A DNA stretch of 63,138 nucleotides, filler included. It is 14 parts of 14 records of this genome, joined end to end, with 100 filler letters (N's around TTAATTAATTAA, not from the genome) between each part and the next. Parts side by side here need not be neighbours in the genome. Positions count along the whole stretch, not along the records: positions 23,497 to 28,074 come from SRR15195285_10901; positions 28,175 to 34,383 come from SRR15195285_10911; positions 34,484 to 37,523 come from SRR15195285_10918; 11 more parts are not named here. One strand, written 5' to 3'. The translations under genes were made by a program, and so were the position numbers. This document shows positions 23,636 to 35,779 of this stretch, piece after piece. Below the pieces are notes generated by a model that worked only from the letters and a program-made list of their open reading frames with translations, was not told the DNA's origin and did no database searches. Numbering within the stretch: position 1 is the first letter of the stretch; each line of letters begins with the position of its first letter.

Positions 23636-26600
23636 CTAGCTCGTCGTCCTCCTATGTGGTGCAGCGCGTGTGGACCTTGCTTGGACGCCATATGGAGCTA
23701 GTCCTGGTGGTGGAGCTGGCGTTGTACTTCGGGCATCGGGTAGTACAGTAGTTTCTACTGCTTCGGTGTGTGCCGTCCACGCCTGCGTTGCTTCGTTTGC
23801 AGGCGAGTCGGTGCTTGTACCACTGCGAGCCCCCACGAGTGTTGTGAACATTGGTGCGAGAGCACGAGTCCGTTTCTGCACTACTCGTGCTAGTTGCCCC
23901 TGTTCGTATTGCTGCAACTTCTTGATATGTTCCATCACGACGCGACGGAAACCAGACCTGCTCGAGTTTCCCATTTGTAGGTCCACAATCTGCAGCTGAA
24001 ATCCATCTTGCCAAAGGGTGGGATCATTGATTGCTATGGCAGCAGAGGTAGGATCGGCAAAGGTGACGAGGGCCCAACTGACTTTGCCGAACTGCGCCCT
24101 AAACCTGGTGGTCACCGCAATAACCTCTCCGAATTGTTCGAATGTCTCTTGCACATACGCAATATGATCGGCGCGTGAAATACCTGAAAGTGCTGCCATA
24201 CGCCCAATCTCAAAGTCCAGCCCACCCACATGAATCGTTTTACCCTCACTTACAATCCTTTCGGTAGACCTGGCTTGCAGCTGCCGCTCGCGAGTCTCTT
24301 GCGCGGACTTCCTTGTGGCCTCCATCTGAGTTGCAACGTCATCGTCGTCAGACATAGCACGTTTCAAGATAGTGGTGGCTTTTGCGTCCATGTTCTTGTG
24401 CTCCGCGTCGTGCAGCAGAGCAATAATTGCGGCCTGCGCATCGCTGCTGTCCATGGCTGCTTCCAGCTCTGTTGTCGACACTCCCATGCTAAAGGCTTCC
24501 CGCAAAAGTTCCATCAACGACATACGTTGCGTGTTGACCGGTTCGATAGGCAGCTTGTGATTGCAACCCATGGCGTCAGTGATGAGCACAACACCTTGGT
24601 CCAATGCTCTTCGGGCGGTTTGACGGTCAGAAAATTCTGCAAAAGCCCAATTAGAAAGACCCTCAGACCGGTGGATGTCCACGCATACAACGTGACCGAA
24701 TCCTGTCTCGAGTGCATCAACGAGCGTTTGCTCCGGCACGCTGTTAGGAAGTTTCCCAATCCAAACCTTTGACCGTGAGAGGCTTCCAACAGCTATCACG
24801 CTGGCGATATGTCCGCGAGCAGTTGCCCTCCTTCTTGCTGCAGTCTCCACCAGCGCACTCAGTGCAGCCTTGGGATCTGCACTTGTCATTGCACTGTCAA
24901 GGTCCTCTAGAGACGCACTGGATGCTTGCTGTACGAGAGATATGAGAGCTGTGTCCGAGTGGTTAGGTGCAAGCCATGCTGTGACGGCTTTGCTATCAAG
25001 AAATGCACGAGGGTCCATGAAACCGTGGCGGATATCGTTCAAGGACGTGATCACTCTTTGTCCGGGCAGTTTCGCAGGTTCGATAAAATCGCGGGTCCAC
25101 TCGAGGCTGCCATCCACAATGATCAATGGCTCTAAAACAGGACGTAACTTTTCCAACGCCATCTGCCTGATCTGTTTTCCCGCAGGGCTGACTGATCGTA
25201 TTGTAAGCTCGATGAAACGCCCAGGCTGGCGAATTCCAGTGTTGATAGCGTCGACATCAATCAAATCAAGTGTCGGCCGAACGTCTTCCCAGGTAATGAA
25301 CCGTTTTTCTAACACCGGCTCCAAGGGTGGACGAAGTTTTGCTACGGCAAATTGCTTAGCAACTGGTCCTGAGGCAACGTACTGCAGAAAATTGTTCAAA
25401 TCGTTCATAGCAGTCGCAAGAGCAGGCAGCTCCATGCACTCAAGTACAACAACAAAATCATCCCAACGAATCTCTGTCTCCGGAAGCAGAGCTTGCAGGT
25501 CTGGTCGCAGCTTTGCAATGTGCATCTTCTTCCCAACAACCCCTGAGTCTTTTAGTAGTTTGGCCAACATCTCGGCCGGTTTGCCAATGTCCTTTTGTAC
25601 TTGGTCGACGCCGTACATCTCAATGGCAGGTAGAACATCGGACCACAACATACCATTGCTGAGCAAAAGTGGTTGCAAGCTATTCTTCAATTGGGCCATT
25701 GCAAACAGATTGTTTGTAGCCTCGTCTACAGTTGCGCTTGCCCGAAAGGTTAGCATCAACGGCCGCTCTGCTGACATCACTGCTTCCATTGCACCACCAA
25801 AGTCTAACCCACCCATTTCTTTGCCTACAACAAAGCTGCCCATACCAGAGGATATCTTAATCAGATGTGAGGGTAGCGGAATGCCATCCACTTTCGCCGC
25901 CTGTGAGCCCTGCTGAACGTAAACGAGTCGAACTGCGCCCGTGTCATCTTTGTCAGGTTTCAGCCCGAGACCCAATGTACCCGACGAATGAAACACAGCT
26001 TCGAATTCGGAGTTTGCGCACGAACGGTCTGCCGGCAACTGCTGTTTCTTGTCGGCGCCTATCAAGCTCTGAAAGAGCTCCATTGGACGTTCCAGTCCAC
26101 GACGAAGCTCCGGAGTTCTTTTCTTTTCTAAAACTAAAACTGCATCTTCCCAGCCCAACCCGTGCTTGGTCAATTGCGGCTCAACAAGTGGCCTAAGCTT
26201 TGCCACTAGTAGCTTCCGTGATGCACTACCAGTCCCATCCTCAAGGTGCTTTAGGAATCCTTCCATGTCATTCCTTGCGCTGTTGAGATCCTCAAGGCGC
26301 TGCACTGCGGTTAGTGCCGGCAAAATGTCGTGCCACGAAAGATGCCTTAGCGACAGTGTAACCTCGAGCTTGGGGCGAAGTTTCGCAATGGCGATGACCT
26401 TAGCAACCGGACCATGTGCTCGCATCAAAATATCCACAAAAGTGGCCGGGTTATCAATCGCGTGCTGTACATTGTCCGAATCAACCATCATGGTGATGGC
26501 AGGCAGTACATCTGACCATTCCATTCCTTTGGCAACCAGCTTGGGTTCGACCTTCGAGCGAAGCCGTGCGATACTGACCTGCTTTCCGATGGCTCCACGA

Positions 26601-28074
26601 CTTCGCAACAACTCATCCAACAGTATTTCCACCTCAACCATCGCTTTCTGCAGGCGAGATAGGCTCAGCATCTCGATGGCTGGCACAACATCGTCCCAGT
26701 TGATCGAGTGTGCTAGCAGTTTTGGAACAATTAGAGGCTTGAGCTTACCGCGAGCAACACGTATTGCTACGGGGCCGGTTGCAGTGAATAATCGAGAGAA
26801 GACGATTTGTGCATCCTGACTTTGTTCCAGGATCCTGTGAAGCACCTCGACTTCAACGACATCTGCAATGATTGGTGTGGCACTAGCCCACTCAATACCT
26901 TCGGCAACACCTCGCGGCTCAAGCATCGGCCGTAGTCGACACAACACGAGATGCTTGGCGACTGGGCCCTGGTGTTGTTTGAGCACAATCTTTTCTGCAG
27001 GGCCGGTTGCTGCAGGGCCGGTTGACACCATCAGCTTTCGCAGGAACTCCTCGGGATCTGACATCACAGACTCAAGCTCCTCCACAGAGTCCACAAGCTC
27101 CAATGCTGGCTGGATGTCTTCCCATGCAAGATGTCGCTTGGCGAGCAGCGGCTCCAGTGCTGGACGCAGCTTGATGGCTGCAAGCTTCTTTGCTGCAGGG
27201 CCGGCATCGGCAAGCAGCTGATCTGCTGTTTGAGGAAGATATTCATCCCACTTGTATAGAAGGAGATGTGCGTCTTCCATTATGTCCCACGTTAATTGAC
27301 CCATATCCATTACGGCCCGTACAGATCGGAGCCCGTCCGACCACGTAATTCCTTTGCGCAGTAGCGCTGGCTCCAGGAATTTTCTAAGCTTCGCAAGTAT
27401 CAAGCACTGTGCTTCAATCTTCAGCGCCTCTTCCAAAAAGCTTTCTGGATCCACAAATGCCGCATTCAATCGTTCGTACGTGACACAGAGCTTGAGTTGC
27501 TGCTTTGCGTCCTCCCACTCCAGCCCGTGCTTGATTACAATCGGCTCCAGACGCTTCTTGTATCTCTTCATGATTTTATCGATGAGCACATCCTTCATAC
27601 TGCCAAATTTCGATCCTGCTGAATGTTTGGTGGCATCTATGAATCCGAATGCTCCGAGTTGATTTCGAACCTTCGCAAATTCAGGATGCAGGTCCTGTCC
27701 AACTAGGCAGTCTTCGTCATCAACGTTGATGAAATCGTCAGGACAGATGACGCGTCGCATGCTGGTTACGACACTCTTGAGGATGGCTACTAGACATCTG
27801 ATTGCCATCTTTCGTCTGAACCGTACTTGCATCTGGTCTCGCTTGAGGTGAACAGATAGTACTGGCCGCTTTGTGCAGCACCCCAATAAGCACGGAGTTG
27901 TGCTCGGCATTTTCACACTGACGGTGAAGGTCTCCTCTGAGCTTTCCTCGGTATCTGAATCCGAGGTTGTGTCCGAACTGACGTCAGAGCTCGACCTGAC
28001 GATTGCTTGTCGCAGGTAGCAATCTGACTGCTCGGGACATTCAAGAATGCGCACAAAATCCCCTTGCTGTAGTG
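23636..28074 (-). CDS. 5'-partial protein (more than 1470 aa) with about 12 copies of an unassigned 60-aa helical repeat, a PDZ-like domain and two RRM-like domains
   Basis: Intronless ORF; repeat consensus AKLRPxLEPxLxKxGLxWEDVxPALExV..DPExFL; PDZ GTLGLGL..VQQGSQAA; RRMs KVWIGKLPNSV..WAFAEFSD and TIHVGGL..WALVTFAD. Confidence 0.8.
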
Positions 28075-28174
28075 NNNNNNNNNNNNNNNNNNNNNNNNNN
28101 NNNNNNNNNNNNNNNNNNTTAATTAATTAANNNNNNNNNNNNNNNNNNNNNNNNNNNNNNNNNNNNNNNNNNNN

Positions 28175-31100
28175 GAGATCGGCTTCGTTTGCACGGGCGT
28201 CGACCTTGAAGGCTCGTGCCTTGTTGCCTGTTGTGATACCTGTGAGCCAGGGAGGTTTGCGACGACCACAGGCAACAAGCACTGCACATCCTGCCAGCAA
28301 GGATCACGATGGCTGCGGGTGCATGACGGGGTACGTCACGAAGCGTGCAGCATCTGCCCCTCTGGATTCTTTGCGGCGGACCCAGAAGCAGACTTCTGCG
28401 AGCGTTGTCCCGCTGGTACATTTTCTTCTGCAGCTGCTTCGAGTTGCACGGATTGTGAGCCGGGCAGATACGACCACGATCGCAGTCCGAGCAGCTTGTG
28501 TGTCGACTGCCCGCAGGACACCTATTCCGTTGACGCGGGCTCAACCCAGTGCACGAGCTGTCCTAGTGGAGTGTTCTCTGATGAAGGTTCAGTGTCCGCA
28601 GACAACTGCACTGTACAGGAGCGGGTGTACGTGGGCTGCTACGTTGAAGGGCCCAGCTTCGAAACCACGTTGATGTCCTCGATGCCAGGAATAGATCTAC
28701 TTGCCGAGTCGCGGGACGTGTGCGAGGAGCTGTGTCAGGGCTACAGATATATGGGGCTGAGTTGGAGCAGCCAATGTCGATGCGGCAACACGTACGGTTC
28801 CTCGGGAGCAGCAGACCCAACCGTGTGTGGTGTAGATGGCATGAACTGCGCTGTCGGCGACACGGTCTGTCCTTATATCGCTGCCTTCTATACCGTCGTC
28901 AGGCAGGCATCTTGTGCCAACGTGGCCGAGCCCTGTCGCTACGGCACAGTACGCAGAGCAAACGCTTCGGAGATACGCACCCCAGGGCTTGATGCCGAGG
29001 CACTGCAACTCGCATGCTGCGAGGACAGCTGCGCCACCTGGAGTGACTCCGATGACTGCGGACAAAGCATTTTCATTGCCGCAGCGGCAGACGCCACACC
29101 TGTTAGCGACGATCCGCAGTCGGTGTGCTGTATGCGCTCGTGCCCAGCTGGCAGTGTTGTGGATGAAAACGGCAGGTGTCAGCTCTGTCCCGCCGGTACC
29201 GCACGCGATGGCGTGGCAACGCAGTGCGAGGCATGTGGCGTTGGGAGTTATGCACCTGTCGGCTCGATCTCGTGCTCTGCCTGTGTTGCGGGACAGATGG
29301 ACCACGATCAGCTAGCTTCTACCGAGTGCGAACCATGCCCGGCAGGCATATACAGCGCCAGTGTTGGCTACTGCGACGGAGTGTGCCCGGCCGGTACGTA
29401 TATTCAAGAGGGGGGTGTGTCTTGCACCACATGTGAGTTGGGTAAGTTCGACGACGATGGCAGCGCGGCAACTCCGTGCGTGTTCTGTGCTGCAGGAAGA
29501 TATGCAGTGTTGACTCCAGCTGAGTGCGAGGGAGTGTGCCCAGCTGGGACCTACAATGGACAATGGAGGGATGGACAATGGATCGGTGTCGCTAGCTGTG
29601 TGGCGTGCGCTGTCGGATGGTTTGACCACGACCACAGCGCCGCAACGCCATGTGTGGTCTGTCCCGCTGGCAACTATTCGTCAGACGCCGTGTCGTGCGT
29701 CGGCTGTCCAGCCAACACGTTTTCTGCCCAGGAGTCATCGACATGCACTAACTGTCCGGCGGGTAGGTTTTCAGAGCCTCATGTGGCAGTACGGTTGACT
29801 GACTGCGCATGCCCAGATGGGTTGTTCGCTGCCTACGAGGAGGAGGTCGCAGAGCGTTGCGAAGCAACCGACAAGGGTGCCTGCAAAAGCTGGGAGTCAG
29901 ACGGTAGCGCGTGCCCCTGCTACGCGGCAGGCGACTGCACATACACCGCTGGGGAAGAGCCGGCGTGTCACGAATCTGGGCAGGATAGAAGCGTTGCTTG
30001 TGCGGCCACGCCTGCCAGCTTCGCGCTCAACCCAACTGTATGGTGGCGATGTGAATTCGATGCAGCCGCTAGCTTTGCGCCATCCGGCTGCACCTACGCG
30101 CCCGCAGTCACAGAGTCGTGCGTCGCTGCCGACCTCGCAGCCTGCGCCGACTGGACGAGCGATGGCAGCTCTGCAGCGTGCACTAGTGCGGGGGAGTGCG
30201 CTTACACCGCAGAGGTGCAGCTGACACACGACTGCGTGACGTGCGATAGCGGCACACAACACTGGAGCCTATTAGTCTTCAGTGGCGTTGGTGGCGTTAA
30301 GTACCGGCGGTGGGATGGGATTGCAGGGATGACAATCGCCGCGCTGCTGGCAGATCCACACTATGCTGACCCGCCCGACTATGAGTGGATCATCGAAGAC
30401 GATGGCTTCTTTGAGTCGCCGACCAATGTCTGTAACTTCTGTGCCACCGAGATGGAAGCGTGGTTTGTTCCGCCTGTCACTGGGACCTACGTCTTCCATC
30501 TCGCGGCGGACGACGGCTCTTACCTGTGGTTCGGCGCAGATGCACAGGTGGGTCTGACTATGGACCCGATCGCCTCCGTCCCCGGGTGGGCGGCTGTGCG
30601 TCAATGGGATAAATACCCCGAGCAGACTGCCAGCCCGATCAGCCTCGTCGGTGGAACAGGGTACTGGCTTCGTGCCACCGCAAAGGAGGGTCAAGGTGGT
30701 GATAACCTGGCCGTTGGTGTGGAAGGCCCAGAGGGTCTGTCCTTGATGCCAATCCCGGTGGCTGGCTACCTCGCAGCAGCCGGCGGAAGTAAGGCTGCGG
30801 ATCAGACGTGTGTGCCATGCGAAGTTAGCACGTACGACCACGACGCCGACGCAGGGACTGTTTGTGAGCCGTGCCCTCGGTCGACGTACCAGGACGCCGA
30901 GGGCGCGGCAAGCTGCACGACCTGCCCTGGCGGCATGGTGTCGAACATGGGATCGGTTCAAGCGAGCAACTGCACCACTGAGATTCTGTATGTAGGTTGC
31001 TTTGAGGACCGAGAAACGTTAGTCGACGGGCGTGACCTCACTGGGGCGCGCTTCAGGATGGGGTCCGACGCATCGGTTGATACTTGCCAAGAACTTTGCG

Positions 31101-34100
31101 CTGGGTGGAGGTACATGGGACTGCAATCAATCGACCGATGCTTCTGCGACAACACCTACGGCACGTACGAGCAGCTCGACCTTGACCCAGATGCAGACCC
31201 TGTGTGTGGAATGCAAGGCAGCGCCTGCGGGCAGAACAACACGGCATTCTCGAGTGATCCATGCCGGATGATCAACGCTGTCTTCCTCTTGCCATACTGG
31301 ACGTGCTCTGAAGTGTCATGTGATGCTGGCACGGCTGCGATAGCAAGCGCAGCACACGTGTCTGTGCTTGGCCAATCGGATGCTGACACGCAGGCCAGCT
31401 GTTGCGCGACCAGCTGTGAGGCCTGGCATGATGCTGGTGAAAATGCCTGTGCTGAAGACACACGATTCATGACACGACTGTCGGGGACTGTGGTTGCTGG
31501 TAGCGATCCGCAATCGATGTGCTGTACTGCTCCGTGCACTGCGGGGACGTACAACGACGGTGGTAGGTGCGAGCCGTGTCCTGCCGGGACGGTATCGACT
31601 ACTGTCGATGCCACCGCTTGCTCAGAATGCGCCGCTGGACAGTACGCTGCGCCGCAGACCACAAGCTGCGTGTCGTGTGGCGCTGGCATGTACGATCACG
31701 ACCAGAGTGCCGCCACACCGTGCGAGAGCTGTGCACCTGGTATGTACTCGGCGCTTAGTGGCTCCCTCAACAGCTGTGATGATCAGTGCCCAGTTGGTAC
31801 CTTTGGGGCCGCTGGATCCCAGAGCAGCGACGACTGCGCCCAATGCCAAGCTGGGCAGCACGACCACGACCGCGATGCAGCGACGCCTTGCATGCTCTGC
31901 CTTCCTGGGTTGTTCAGTGAGAGTGCTGGGCAGAGTGAATGCCAGGTGTGTGCTGCAGGGCTTACGTCGGTCGGCGGATCAGCCACTTGTTCGCAGCCGC
32001 AGCCTTCCTTTGCTGCTGCGAACTGCCCGGCTGAGTGGGCCGCGTGCCTTCGGACCAGTGGCTGCGAACAGGCGCTGGCCGAGGCGCTCGCCACACCATG
32101 GCTGCTGCATCCACCTACCGCAGGATCGGCAGAGCTGCTAGCAATTCTGGAGTGCATGCGTGCAGTCACAGGCGGTGCGACTGCGACTGCCAGCTCAGCG
32201 TGCAACTGCAACTATCAGCTCAACTCCATTGCATTGAGTTGGGTAGATGCAGAGGCATCGTGCGTCTTGCAGGGCGGTCACCTGGCTAGTATCCACAGCC
32301 AGGGAGACCAGGACGTCTTCCAATTATTGATTGATGATACAGCGTGGTTCGGCATTAACGATCGCGAGGCCGAGGCTGGCTGTATCGACGACCGCCACCC
32401 GGGCATCGGCGTCGGAAACATCCTGGCTGACAGCTTCGTGTGGGTGGATGGCAGTCCTGTAGACTATGAGAACTGGAGCGCCGGTGAGCCCAACGACTGG
32501 GCGGATGGTGATGCACAATGTGACGGCACAGGCAACCAGGACTGTGGCGAGGCGTGGAGAGGTGGAACTGACTGGCAAGACGGGACCTGTGAAGCCCTCA
32601 AGCCATTTGTCTGCGGCTTCCCGTGCGAGGAGACGGCGGAGGCGCAAACGCCTGGTGAATCTGCAGAGACTCAGATGGTCGACACCGGCGACTGGTACGA
32701 GTACCAGGGCTGCTACGTCGACTGCGGCGACAACCAGGGCGCCGAAAACAGGCTCGGCTACCACCTCGATGGCTTGGCAGCCGACTATAATCCAGCGACA
32801 ACCAGCTGTGGAAGCCGTGCACCAGAGGACACTGATCATAGCTGCACGTCGTGTCCTGACGAGGGCTGTACGAATACCGGCCGAGCTATGGGCGACCAGG
32901 TAATGAGCAGTCCCGTTACAGCAACCCCCGATCAGCTGGCGGCGTCGCAGGACATCTGCGCGACATGGTGCAAGGAGAAAGGATTCCGCTACATGGGGTT
33001 ACACTGGACCAATGTCTGCTACTGTGACAACGAGTACGCTGATGCCTACCTCCCTGAACCTCACCCGCTGGCGATGGGATGCGGCGTTGGGGGAATGTAT
33101 TGTGGCACAGGATATCAGACGTGCGGATGCATGGTCGCCGTGTTCACCACCGGCCTGGTTGAGGAGACGGTGGAGGCGCAAATATCCGCGGAGATGCTCG
33201 GCTGCGTCGATCCGTCGGCTTCCAACTACGACGCGACCAAGGCTGTCAACGACGGCAGCTGCGTCTACGACTGCAGCACGCTCTCGGCGAGTGCAGACGA
33301 CACACAGTGCTACATCTACTCTCCGGAGCACAACGCGTGGGAGTCCCACCCGCCGCAGCGCGAGGCCGTGTTCTGGGCGCAGCTTACTGCGGTGCACCAT
33401 CTCATCGTGCAGGGCAAGTCGCTGCGTCATACTAGTGCGGAGGCGAGCGCTGGCGCCTCTAATTGTGACTACTACCTAAACGATGATCCTTTGGACTGGG
33501 TGGAGGCGGAGGCGGCATGCATGGCGATGGGCGGCCATCTGGCGAGCGCGCACAGTCCGGAGGACTGGGCGAGTATCGAGTTTCTGATTGCGAACACCGC
33601 ATGGTGCGTAGTGACCAATACCCACAGCGCGTGCTGAAGCGTTTTGCTTGATTTCCCTCTGACACCCCCACCGCGCGCCTGCTGCGACAGGATCGGCGCG
33701 AACGATCGCGACTACGAGATGGGCTGCTACGGCGGATACTCAGAAGAAAACGCAGACGCGGAGCTCGCCAGTCGGGCTATGCCGTTCATTGACCCTGCCA
33801 CTGGCGGCCCGATGTGTGAGCCCCCGACACCGACCTGTACGCGCAATGCAGAAGCACCTGTCTCTCCGGGTTTCGTCTGGGCGGACGAAAGTGCCATGGA
33901 CTTTACGAACTGGGCCGTCGGGCACCCGACAAGCTGGTCGAACGGCGCGGCGGACTGCAGCGGAGCTACGTCGCATGAAGATTGCGTCGAGGGGTGGCAA
34001 ACTGGTGCGAGCTGGAACGATGCGGGTTGTGATGGAACGAAACCGTCCGTCTGCGGGTTCCCGTGCGAAGGCGACGAGCGACACACTACGGAGACTCAAG

Positions 34101-34383
34101 AAGAAGGAGACGAAGAAGAGCTCAGGCTGCTGTTCGACCCGCGACTGGATCTGGTCTGGCAGACTGTACAGTTTCGTCACGTGCGAATCGAAGATCACGA
34201 GGTGTTTGGCGGCGGCGGAGCGAACCTCGGGGCCGCCATGTCATCTGCAAACTCCACGATGGTCGTTGAGCACATCACCGTCTCGGGCAACAGCCAGCGA
34301 GGCATCGGTGCAGGTGCCATCTTCTCAGAAAACTCGACGGCAACGATCAGATCCTCGACGTTTCTGACAAACAGCAACCTGGG
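28175..34383 (+). CDS. Giant Cys-rich cell-surface/secreted lectin-like protein (GCC2/GCC3 repeats, 3 WSC, PA14, 2 C-type lectin, start of a Pmp-like beta-helix); partial at both ends
   Basis: Frame open from 28175; WSC YVGCY..CQGYRYMGLSWSSQCRCGNTYG; PA14 WFVPPVTGTYVFHLAADDGSYLW..KEGQGGDNLAVG; CTL SWVDAEASCVLQGGHLASIHS..WSAGEPND..WQDGTC; intron 33605-33690; GAGAIFSENS..FLTNS at the end. Confidence 0.85.
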
Positions 34384-34564
34384 NNNNNNNNNNNNNNNNN
34401 NNNNNNNNNNNNNNNNNNNNNNNNNNNTTAATTAATTAANNNNNNNNNNNNNNNNNNNNNNNNNNNNNNNNNNNNNNNNNNNNAGGAGGGGGGTGGGAGG
34501 AGGGGGGGTTGGGAGGGGTTGGGAGGGTTTGAAAAGGAACGTTGGGAGTCGGTGGGTGCGGGAA

Positions 34565-35494
34565 ATGGCGGAGGTCAGCCATGCGAGTATTGATGAGATG
34601 ATCGCGCAGCTGTGGAAGTGCGAGTACATCAAGGAGTCGGCTGTCAAGGCGCTCTGCATCAAGGCGCGCGAGATCCTGGTGGAGGAGAGCAACGTGCAGC
34701 GCGTCGCCGCGCCGGTGACCATTTGCGGCGACATCCATGGGCAGTTCTACGATCTGAAAGAGCTCATCGGTGTCGGCGGCGAGTGCCCGGACACGAGCTA
34801 CCTCTTCATGGGGGACTTCGTCGACCGGGGCTACTACTCCGTGGAGACGTTCCTGCTCATGCTCGCGCTGAAGGTGCGCTACCCAGATCGTGTGACCCTG
34901 ATCCGTGGCAACCACGAGAGCCGGCAGATCACCCAGGTGTACGGATTCTACGACGAGTGCTTGCGGAAGTACGGCTCGGTCAACGTGTGGCGGCTGTGCT
35001 GCGACGTCTTCGACCTGCTCAGCCTGGCCGCGCTCGTCGACGACTCGGTGTTCTGCGTGCACGGCGGGCTCTCGCCCTCGATCAACACGCTAGACCAGAT
35101 CCGCACCATCAACCGCCAGCAGGAGGTACCGAGCGACGGGCCGATGTGCGACCTCATGTGGTCGGACCCTGACGAGATCGATGGGTGGGGCCTCTCACCG
35201 CGTGGTGCGGGCTACATTTTCGGCTCTGACGTCGTCGCACAGTTCAACCAGACCAACAAGCTGCAGCTCATCTGCCGCGCGCACCAGCTTGTGATGGAGG
35301 GATACAAGCCAATGTTCGACAATACCTTGGTTACAGTCTGGTCTGCGCCGAACTACTGCTACCGCTGCGGCAACGTGGCAGCAATCCTAGAGCTTGACGA
35401 GAATCTCAAGCAAAACTACAAGGTCTTCGACTCCGCCCCGACCGAGGTGCGGGGCATGGCCGCACGGAAACCAGCCCCGGACTACTTCTTGTAG
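34565..35494 (+). CDS. PPP4C: Serine/threonine protein phosphatase 4 catalytic subunit, intronless
   Basis: [81 protein letters not shown]-terminal DYFL; PP4-type rather than PP2A or PP6 residues. Confidence 0.93.
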   Translation: MAEVSHASIDEMIAQLWKCEYIKESAVKALCIKAREILVEESNVQRVAAPVTICGDIHGQFYDLKELIGVGGECPDTSYLFMGDFVDRGYYSVETFLLMLALKVRYPDRVTLIRGNHESRQITQVYGFYDECLRKYGSVNVWRLCCDVFDLLSLAALVDDSVFCVHGGLSPSINTLDQIRTINRQQEVPSDGPMCDLMWSDPDEIDGWGLSPRGAGYIFGSDVVAQFNQTNKLQLICRAHQLVMEGYKPMFDNTLVTVWSAPNYCYRCGNVAAILELDENLKQNYKVFDSAPTEVRGMAARKPAPDYFL

Positions 35495-35727
35495 TTCTGG
35501 CATGCGCAGGCGCCAACGAGCTTCGAAGCACTAGCGTGGTGAGTGAGAGTAGCTCGACGGCCGACGGTCGGGTGCAGTTGCACCCGCCGCTGCGAGTCAC
35601 AAAAAATGAAGCTTGGCCTTTACACGATCAATCGGAAGCTCCGGGCAGCCCGCCGTGCGTGTCCCGGAGACGGCGCCCGATACACTCCCTTGTGCCATGC
35701 AGGCATGCAAGAGCATAATTGGCCTCG

Positions 35728-35779
35728 GTATTCGATTCGCCTCACTGCAGCGTGTATTCGATTCGCCTCACTGCAGCGT
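35728..35779. repeat. Perfect 26-bp tandem duplication (GTATTCGATTCGCCTCACTGCAGCGT)x2
   Basis: Read directly; spans the stop codon of the alginate-lyase-family gene. Confidence 0.85.

Noticed and set aside
35728-35779. CRISPR-like direct repeats
   Set aside because: Two adjacent copies with no spacer, no cas genes, eukaryotic context.
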